DNA of 50,331 nucleotides from a virus (Duplodnaviria; Heunggongvirae; Uroviricota; Caudoviricetes): IMG/VR virus record IMGVR_UViG_2734482547_000008; one strand, 5' to 3'. Shown piece by piece: positions 36,264 to 50,331 of this stretch (position 1 is its first letter; each line of letters starts with the position of its first letter). The notes under the pieces were generated by a model. It saw only the letters and a program-made list of their open reading frames with translations, ran no database searches and was not told where the DNA came from. The position numbers and the translations under genes were made by a program.

Positions 36264-38354
36264 TCAGGCCAGTGGATCACTTTCTTTTAATTTTGCTTCG
36301 AGCAGTTGCAATCCCCGCTGGAAATTACGCTCGTATTCTTCATCAGGTTCATCGTCAGCGACCGGTTGCTGAACGGTCACCGTATTACCCACAGGGCGGT
36401 ATATGTTTTCCAGCCATGGCTCCTGCGGCTTGTGCTCCAGCACGTTGACAACCTCATCCTCGGCATCACGGATTTTTTCCTCTGCGCGTTTACGCATACC
36501 TTTAAGGCGCTGTTGCTGTTTGTAGTATTCCGCGCTGACCGGGAAGGCTTCGCGTTTATTGCCGTCCCATACCGCCTCGCAAATCACGCTGCCATCCGGG
36601 CGACGAACGGTAATTCGTTCGGCATCATGAATGTCATAGCTGATAAGCACCTTGCGGCCATGCTCATCACGCAGCTCGGGCGCGTAGTAAATATTGTTCA
36701 GCCAGCGTATTTCACAGCGTCTTACAGGGCGCTCCACCATCGGCCGGAACATGTCCCGCAATTCCACATCGGACAGCCATTCAATTTCCGTATCCTCTTC
36801 TGCCAGGCGTTTTTTTCTGAACTCCGCCGGGCTGTAATGCTTGCCGTTCGGCTTCACCGGTAATTCATCGTGCGGCCGGTTGTTGTACCACTCAACACCG
36901 TCACGAATGGCATCAATCAGTTCAGACCAGGACGGTAAATCACGCATCGCTGACTGCTGCCGGGCGTTCAGCCGTTTGCCCTGTTGCAGGGCAGTAAATG
37001 CCGAGCGTAAATCGCGGTTGGTTTTACGTAACGTCTCGCGATCTGCACCTTTCCCGAAATAGGTGCGGTATCTGCGGGCTATGCGCATCGGTAATGTGCG
37101 GTTAAGCCGTTCGATAATGCCCCGTCCCTGCGGGTTACCGGCAATTCCGGTCGGGTGATTAATCCCCAGTCGCGGCAGTATCCCCACAATCTCTTTATCC
37201 AGGATGTCGGCCGTTTCCCCGGAGCCGTTATCCGAGTAATACAGAAACGGTTTGCCGTGATAGCGAATACCGTGCTGTATGGCGCCGGCTACGGCGAAAA
37301 CATTTTCAGCCAGGTCAAGGCTCCAGCCCACCACAAAGCGCGTGCCACCGTCGATAACAAAGGTCACTTCCGGTGCAAATGGCCGCCCGTGAACCGGGTG
37401 CCTGCATTTCAGCTTCATGCCGTGACCGTCACCAATCCAGACATAATTAACCGGCATTTTTGACCAGTCGCGGCGCGTGAATCCCTCAAGCTGGCGGTAT
37501 TCACTGCCGGTCACCCGGCCTTTTTGTTTCACCACTTCCGGCAATTTTTTCATTGCGCGGCGAATAGTGTCATAAGAGGGCATGATATCGAGCATATAAG
37601 GCTCATCAGCGTGCCGGTGCTGCCATTCGGCGACAAAATCCTCGTAAGCCTCGGTCATTGGTCGGCCGTTTGACTGGCGATACTGCGCCAGAAATTCGGG
37701 CAGCCAGTTAATATCTTCGGCTTTTATTTCCTGGCGTTTACCCGGTGCCAGTAAAAGCAGGCGTTCAGCGGCGTTCTGTGCCTTGTTAAAGGCCGCAATC
37801 CAGCGTTTCAGCGTGATTTCACTCAACGCGCGGCGGTTTCCCTTTTTGGCGTTCGCTGTCTCAACCATTGCCACAATGCGCTCGTCCAGTTGTGAGCGTG
37901 ACAGACGGTCAACAATAAACCGGATAGCTTTAGCGCAGCTGAAACCGGGTTGTTGCGCGAATTTCAGCACCTCGCTGACAATCGCGATTCGTGCATCAGC
38001 CACCTGGCGCTGGTTTTCAGTCAGGGCATTGAGGCGTTCGACCATCAGTTGTGGTGAACCGCGATATGCCTCCACCGCATCAACCACGTCAGGTGAGCGT
38101 CTGGCCTTTGTCACCACCGGAGCCGGTGATTCGTCGGCTTTTTGCGTCATCAGTTGCAGGGCGTAGCGTTCACGCAATGCCTGCTGCGTCACTTCAGGTA
38201 AACAGTCGATGCTGTATTCAGTTGCTTTAGAGCCTGAGCGACGACGGGAACAACAGCTTTTCCCTTGTGCGTAACGTTGTAATGCCTGGCGAATACCTTT
38301 TGTTGTAGCAGGCATTCCGGGCGCGCCAATCAGTTCTTTTGCAATGACATACAT
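36264..38354 (-). CDS. A: DDE transposase A (MuA-like)
   Basis: 696-aa ORF between ner and B. N-terminal DNA-binding region then a central catalytic region; size and position match MuA (663 aa). Confidence 0.85.
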   Translation of the reverse strand: MYVIAKELIGAPGMPATTKGIRQALQRYAQGKSCCSRRRSGSKATEYSIDCLPEVTQQALRERYALQLMTQKADESPAPVVTKARRSPDVVDAVEAYRGSPQLMVERLNALTENQRQVADARIAIVSEVLKFAQQPGFSCAKAIRFIVDRLSRSQLDERIVAMVETANAKKGNRRALSEITLKRWIAAFNKAQNAAERLLLLAPGKRQEIKAEDINWLPEFLAQYRQSNGRPMTEAYEDFVAEWQHRHADEPYMLDIMPSYDTIRRAMKKLPEVVKQKGRVTGSEYRQLEGFTRRDWSKMPVNYVWIGDGHGMKLKCRHPVHGRPFAPEVTFVIDGGTRFVVGWSLDLAENVFAVAGAIQHGIRYHGKPFLYYSDNGSGETADILDKEIVGILPRLGINHPTGIAGNPQGRGIIERLNRTLPMRIARRYRTYFGKGADRETLRKTNRDLRSAFTALQQGKRLNARQQSAMRDLPSWSELIDAIRDGVEWYNNRPHDELPVKPNGKHYSPAEFRKKRLAEEDTEIEWLSDVELRDMFRPMVERPVRRCEIRWLNNIYYAPELRDEHGRKVLISYDIHDAERITVRRPDGSVICEAVWDGNKREAFPVSAEYYKQQQRLKGMRKRAEEKIRDAEDEVVNVLEHKPQEPWLENIYRPVGNTVTVQQPVADDEPDEEYERNFQRGLQLLEAKLKESDPLA

Positions 38355-38355
38355 A

Positions 38356-38604
38356 TCATGACGCCTTTCTCATATAGCTCTTAACCTGGTATCTACTGGG
38401 CCAGATTTCTTCAGGCGATACCCCAAGAGCATCAGCAATTATTTGCTGATACGGGCGGCAAGGAGTACGTAATACGCTTTTCAGCGAGTCCCTGCTGTAA
38501 CCAGCCTTTAAAGATAAAGAGCGCAGTGATAAGCCAGCCATGTGTAGGCGCGCCTTGATGATTTCTGGCGGCCAATCGTGATCTGAAACTTCTCTTCTAC
38601 TCAT
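38356..38604 (-). CDS. ner: Ner-like DNA-binding early regulator
   Basis: 82-aa protein (..ADALGVSPEEIWPSRYQ..) resembling Mu Ner, divergent from the repressor gene. AGAGGAA Shine-Dalgarno. Confidence 0.8.
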   Translation of the reverse strand: MSRREVSDHDWPPEIIKARLHMAGLSLRSLSLKAGYSRDSLKSVLRTPCRPYQQIIADALGVSPEEIWPSRYQVKSYMRKAS

Positions 38605-38793
38605 ACTTCCTCTATCCTAAAAAGTTACCCGCGCGGATATTCGTACGGATATCTGTACGGGTAAATAATGCATCACTAAAAATACCAAATCAAGGTATTT
38701 TTGGTATTTTCCTTGTTTTTTCTTTTATCCTTATTTTTCAATTGGATACACAGAAAGAAACCTTTCATTAGAAAAGCACCAAGAGGTATCTTT
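38605..38793. promoter_or_regulatory. Divergent early/repressor promoter-operator region
   Basis: AT-rich interval between the divergent ner and repressor genes. 11-bp inverted repeat AAAATACCAAA (38679-38689) / TTTGGTATTTT (38700-38710) and direct repeats of GTACGG(A/G)TA (38643-38660). Confidence 0.5.
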
Positions 38794-39324
38794 ATGTCGC
38801 AGGGAAAAGAACCTGTTATTGAACGTATTGGGATGCTTACAAAACGCTATCCTTCAAGAAGTGCAGCTGCCAGAGCGTGGGGAATTAATATCAACACATT
38901 AAACAGCTATTTCAAGGGAGGGCAAACACAACCAGCCCCAAGAGAAAGCATTCTTATACGAATTTCTAAAAGTGAAGGTGTTAGTCTTGAGTGGCTTAAA
39001 GAGGGCAAGGGAGAATCACCAAAAGACATTGGTATTTCTGGTGATTTTGGTTGTTCTGGTGATAAGGGAGATCAGCTTACACAGATGCTTTCATTCCTCA
39101 CGAAAGACGAACGAGAACAACTAACCAATCTCCTTGCTCGCAAAGGTGTAGAGACTGTTCTGACACTACTGGATAAAGAAAACCAGGATTTATTACAACT
39201 AGAGGGCAGGAAGCGCCTGGCTGCTTTGATGATTGTGGATATGCCTGACGATAGTGTCAGAGAGATTTTGGAAAAAACCGAGACAAGTAGGCAATCAAAT
39301 CCGGTAGAATCTAAAGCGGGTTAG
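38794..39324 (+). CDS. Mu-type c repressor (lysogeny maintenance)
   Basis: ORF 38701-39324 trimmed to the ATG at 38794 (AAGAGG Shine-Dalgarno). N-terminal winged-helix-like region; divergent from ner and nearest the phage left end, as Mu c. Confidence 0.7.
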   Translation: MSQGKEPVIERIGMLTKRYPSRSAAARAWGININTLNSYFKGGQTQPAPRESILIRISKSEGVSLEWLKEGKGESPKDIGISGDFGCSGDKGDQLTQMLSFLTKDEREQLTNLLARKGVETVLTLLDKENQDLLQLEGRKRLAALMIVDMPDDSVREILEKTETSRQSNPVESKAG

Positions 39325-42756
<3,432 letters not shown>

Positions 42757-42777
42757 CCCAATAATTAAGTTATTGGG
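42757..42777 (-). terminator. Putative intrinsic terminator after phoU
   Basis: Perfect 8-bp inverted repeat CCCAATAA / TTATTGGG with a 5-nt loop, just past the phoU stop, followed on the - strand by ATTTGTTATATATAA. Confidence 0.45.
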
Positions 42778-42791
42778 ATTTGTCTGGTGAA

Positions 42792-43517
42792 TTATTTGTC
42801 GCTATCTTTTCCCGCCAGCAGTTTATCCAGCTCATCACCGCCTACATGACGGAAATCCTGCCCCTTCACGTAGTAGAAGATAAACTCACAAATATTCTGG
42901 CAGCGGTCGCCAATACGTTCGATAGAACGCGCGCAGAACAGCGCAGTAAGTACGCTCGGAATGGTACGCGAATCTTCCATCATGTAGGTCATCAGTTGAC
43001 GAACAATACCTTCGTATTCCTGATCGACTTTTTTATCTTCACGATAAATACGTACCGCTTCGTCAATGTCCATCCGCGCGAACGCGTCCAGCACGTCGTG
43101 CAGCATCTGGATGGTATGACGGCCCAGCGACTCCAGACTTACCAGCAACGGCTGATGCTGCTGGGAGAATTTCTCCAGCGCAGTACGGCAGATTTTGTCC
43201 GCCACGTCGCCAATACGCTCCAGCTCGGCAATGGTTTTACTGATCACCATAACCAGTCGCAGGTCGCTCGCCGTCGGCTGACGTTTGGCGATAATGCGCA
43301 CGCAGGCTTCATCGATCGCCACTTCCATCATGTTGACGTTCTTGTCGCCTTCGATCACGCGCTTCGCCAGATCGCTGTCCTGGTTATGCATCGCGGTGAT
43401 TGCATCAGAAAGCTGCTGCTCCACCATGCCACCCATGGTCATCACCTGCGTGCGGATACTTTCCAGTTCGGCGTTGAACTGGCCGGAAATATGTTTATTA
43501 AGATTGAGACTGTCCAT
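42792..43517 (-). CDS. phoU: Phosphate signalling regulator PhoU
   Basis: 241-aa protein ([25 protein letters not shown]...) matching E. coli PhoU; last gene of the pst operon. Confidence 0.95.
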   Translation of the reverse strand: MDSLNLNKHISGQFNAELESIRTQVMTMGGMVEQQLSDAITAMHNQDSDLAKRVIEGDKNVNMMEVAIDEACVRIIAKRQPTASDLRLVMVISKTIAELERIGDVADKICRTALEKFSQQHQPLLVSLESLGRHTIQMLHDVLDAFARMDIDEAVRIYREDKKVDQEYEGIVRQLMTYMMEDSRTIPSVLTALFCARSIERIGDRCQNICEFIFYYVKGQDFRHVGGDELDKLLAGKDSDK

Positions 43518-43531
43518 AACGCACTCCTGAA

Positions 43532-44344
<813 letters not shown>

Positions 44345-44395
44345 TCAGGCTTACCGTAGGCCGGGTAAGGCGTTCACGCCGCATCCGGCAAAGTG

Positions 44396-46248
<1,853 letters not shown>

Positions 46249-46331
46249 TTACTCTTCAGTTAAACGCGTTTACAAAGTCATTTTGTAATGCCGGATGCGG
46301 CGTAAAACACCGTACCCGGCCTGGAGTTTTA

Positions 46332-47470
<1,139 letters not shown>

Positions 47471-47619
47471 TATGACAGAAAGGAATTAACAAATAACTTA
47501 CTGATTTTAAATGTGAAGATGAAAATCCCACATGTCATCTTTTTGTCATGATGCATTTAAAAGTGATAAAGAAATGGGTGAGATGACAACGATGTGATGA
47601 ACAATCGTTGTCAGACCTA

Positions 47620-48693
47620 TTAGCGCACAATCTCAACAGTTATCGTCGCTGTTGCAGTAAATTGCCCCGGGGCTGGGCGAGCTCCAGTAAGGCTCGCAGG
47701 AGCAGCTGAAAAAGTTACACTACCTGATTTTTCACCATACACTGTTGATTTACCCATGTCTGTTGGCAACTCACCACCGTTCACTTTGATTTCCTTATTA
47801 TTTTTGTCGTAAATTTTTATCCCCACGTTAGAGTTTGAAGTTACGACCATTGAATTGTCCGTATTGGGTTCGGTAGCATAAAAAGACGTACTGATATCAT
47901 CGGTATTCAGTATCCCCAGGTTTTCACACTCAATAGTGACTGTTTTAGTAATTTTATGTGTTGTTACCGCACTTCCAACAACAGATGAAAAATCTGCAGC
48001 TGGTATTTCTTTAAAATCAAAATAAACTGGCTGTAAATTATTTATTTCGCAACTTTGCGGAGCTGTAATATCGCCCCGAATATAAACATCAGCCATCGGC
48101 TGTGAGTAATCCACCGGGGTGTCACGGCTAATTGTTCCATACAATGTCACTATCTTTGTTTCAGGAATAATCAATTTTCCTGCAAATGTCTTCTTGATAT
48201 AAAAATATACTATCGCTTTACCCCCACTGGATATACTTAAAGGTTCAATGCGGTTGCAATTGTACTTTGTATTACCAGACGGGTTGTTAGCATGATATTC
48301 AAAAGGTGCATTCACATACCCAACCCCAAGAATATCTATAGCAATCCCAACATCAAGGTTCGGATTAAGATCATAATAATTAATATTAGAGTGAACCCCA
48401 GCATAAGTTAATGCCTGGTTTATTTTTGACGTATAATAGATATAGGGGAATTCTCCTACATTACCAGTATCACAATGACAGCGTCCAGGATATGAGGATC
48501 CATTAGTTACAGTGGTATTAAATGTCGTTCCAACCTTATTTTCGTTCGCGGTAATAAGATATCCCGAGAAATCAAGCGTACGGTGAAATACGCCATTATC
48601 AGGGGTACAGATACCTTTAGGAGCTGCAAGTGCTACACTACTTAACGAGAGCATAAACACAGCAAAGCACCACTGTTTGATATACTTGTTCAT
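47620..48693 (-). CDS. Fimbrial adhesin-like subunit (chaperone-usher pilus; lpf-like position next to pstS)
   Basis: 357-aa ORF with signal peptide (MNKYIKQWCFAVFMLSLSSVALAAP), directly after an usher gene. Family inferred from context; AT-rich. Confidence 0.55.
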   Translation of the reverse strand: MNKYIKQWCFAVFMLSLSSVALAAPKGICTPDNGVFHRTLDFSGYLITANENKVGTTFNTTVTNGSSYPGRCHCDTGNVGEFPYIYYTSKINQALTYAGVHSNINYYDLNPNLDVGIAIDILGVGYVNAPFEYHANNPSGNTKYNCNRIEPLSISSGGKAIVYFYIKKTFAGKLIIPETKIVTLYGTISRDTPVDYSQPMADVYIRGDITAPQSCEINNLQPVYFDFKEIPAADFSSVVGSAVTTHKITKTVTIECENLGILNTDDISTSFYATEPNTDNSMVVTSNSNVGIKIYDKNNKEIKVNGGELPTDMGKSTVYGEKSGSVTFSAAPASLTGARPAPGQFTATATITVEIVR

Positions 48694-48703
48694 AAAAATC
48701 CTT

Positions 48704-50331
48704 TTAATGACATGTCACACCCTGTTCAATTAATCCGCTCTCACTTTCTGGTGTCGAAAGTGAATAATTGAAGATGCATTTTGTTGAGGCGTTTTCTCCC
48801 CAGGATAACGTAACCTGTCCTTTTTCTGGTAGACCAGAAAGATAAAGTTCGCCACGGTCACCGACAATTCCTGAATCTGCCAAACTTGCATCTTGTATCG
48901 CAGCAATGGCTCCAAAAGGTACCGGTTTACCATTTGCATTTAACACTCTGAAGAGAACGCGATAACCCACATGAGTCACAAACTCCGCTTTAACCACTGC
49001 ACCACGCGTGGGAACCATCGTAACGACGGTATTATCAAGTTCTATATTCGACTTCGAGAAATAGTTATCGCTGATTGCTACCCGATTTTCATCATAAGGG
49101 TTTAGCTGTGTCTTGACCGTATAGCCGCGCCAGTCCGTCGCAGCACCGCGCATATTATCTATTTCTAACCCGGCGGCCCCAGGTGCTTTAACAAGAGCAA
49201 TAGTTTCACCTAACTCCTGACTTAACGTTACCCCTTCGCTGTGTGCCAGAATTCCCCCTCTGATACCATAATTCAGCCTCTGGGAATTTTGGCTGTAGTT
49301 ATAGCTGCCGTTCACCGTGCCATAAGAGCCATCATAGGTCAGGGACATATTACCGCCAACCTCATCATCATGACTGTTATAGGACTGCATTAAATTCCAT
49401 GAAAGGTTATTTCTTTCCAGCGCCGTACCGCTGAGTCCGAGTTGATGTGAGCTACCGGAATTATCGTTTTGCGAAACAGAATAGGTGGCGTAACTATTAC
49501 CCCACCAGCCCAATAAAGGAACAGATAAAGAGAGCATGTAGATCTGCTCACTGGTGTTATCACTGGCATGGTTGTTCCCCGTCCCCTGTCTGGCAGTATT
49601 GGAATAACTCCAGGAGACGTTCCACGAGAGACGCTTCCAGCTACTGCTGTAGCCAAATTGCATTAATCGTTCGACATCATCGGTATGCCAGTATTGTTGC
49701 CGGCTTAATGTCAGGTATAAATTGCCATAATCTCTCCCCAACGACTGCGTTAGCGTCCCCTCCACGCAACTACGTCGGTTACCTGTTTCCCAAAAGTCTT
49801 CAGGGCTGTTGCGCCGCGATGCCCACTCATTGAGGGTATAGTAGCCCTCGGTGGAGTAACGATAGCCAACCAAGCGCAAGCTAGTGTCTGTGTCGTCAAA
49901 TCGTTTTGAATAGAGAAAGCGATATGACTGACCCGTTTCTGTATCATCATGGCTAAAATTCGCACGAGCATGTGTCACATCGAAAGAAATTGCGCCCAAA
50001 GCGCCAAGATCTTTACCGACACCCAGAGCTGCAGAACCATAATTTTCAGCAGCCTGCATACCTCCATATAAAGTGATCCCGTGGGAAAAACCATGAAGTA
50101 TTTGCGCCTGAAGGACGTCCGGTGTAAATCCGTCTTCATCGCGCAATTCACCCACGCTGACATCAACATCTGTCTGACCTTCACGTTTAAGAATCGCTAA
50201 TGAAGCATAAGGTTGGGTGAATCGTTGTTCGCTACCGTCTTCTTCTTTGATGGTTACGTTGAAGTGGCACACTGAATTTGGCCACCTGAACAGAGGTGAT
50301 ATGCTCACCTCAGAACAACACAGGTGCTCCA
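48704..50331 (-). CDS. Fimbrial outer-membrane usher, C-terminal portion (partial, continues past window end)
   Basis: Open frame to the window edge; the listed start at 50308 is a GTG artefact. Translation is beta-barrel usher-like (Tyr/Ser/Gly-rich strands). Confidence 0.65.
   Translation of the reverse strand, partial: EHLCCSEVSISPLFRWPNSVCHFNVTIKEEDGSEQRFTQPYASLAILKREGQTDVDVSVGELRDEDGFTPDVLQAQILHGFSHGITLYGGMQAAENYGSAALGVGKDLGALGAISFDVTHARANFSHDDTETGQSYRFLYSKRFDDTDTSLRLVGYRYSTEGYYTLNEWASRRNSPEDFWETGNRRSCVEGTLTQSLGRDYGNLYLTLSRQQYWHTDDVERLMQFGYSSSWKRLSWNVSWSYSNTARQGTGNNHASDNTSEQIYMLSLSVPLLGWWGNSYATYSVSQNDNSGSSHQLGLSGTALERNNLSWNLMQSYNSHDDEVGGNMSLTYDGSYGTVNGSYNYSQNSQRLNYGIRGGILAHSEGVTLSQELGETIALVKAPGAAGLEIDNMRGAATDWRGYTVKTQLNPYDENRVAISDNYFSKSNIELDNTVVTMVPTRGAVVKAEFVTHVGYRVLFRVLNANGKPVPFGAIAAIQDASLADSGIVGDRGELYLSGLPEKGQVTLSWGENASTKCIFNYSLSTPESESGLIEQGVTCH

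Overview
The window is an Escherichia/Shigella-type chromosomal segment carrying a ~39.2 kb Mu-like transposable prophage (342-39573) inserted into bglB, flanked by a 5-bp direct repeat AGGCA (337-341 and 39574-39578). Removing the insert and one repeat copy restores an in-frame bglB. The phage map runs right-to-left in window coordinates: repressor (+ strand), then ner, transposase A, ATPase B, a semi-essential early region with gam, gemA and a Mor/C activator, lysis genes, and a complete Mu-type head, tail and baseplate set. At the right end sit a tail fibre with a gin-controlled invertible segment (gix-like sites at 5608-5633 and 6925-6950), gin, and com-mom. Host genes to the right are bglF, bglG (with RAT leader), phoU-pstBACS (Pho box upstream of pstS) and two fimbrial genes (adhesin-like, partial usher). 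The most unusual part is a ~3.4 kb cargo module between gin and com-mom, where Mu has almost nothing: a 684-aa SASA/SGNH-type esterase, a 60-aa membrane peptide, an acidic 84-aa protein, a candidate antisense small RNA (promoter plus intrinsic terminator), and an AT-rich convergent small-ORF cluster. A second AT-rich islet of four small genes (two membrane peptides) lies in the early region (30101-31133). All calls rest on reading the sequence, motif recognition and synteny with phage Mu and E. coli K-12; no database search was run, and protein starts are approximate.
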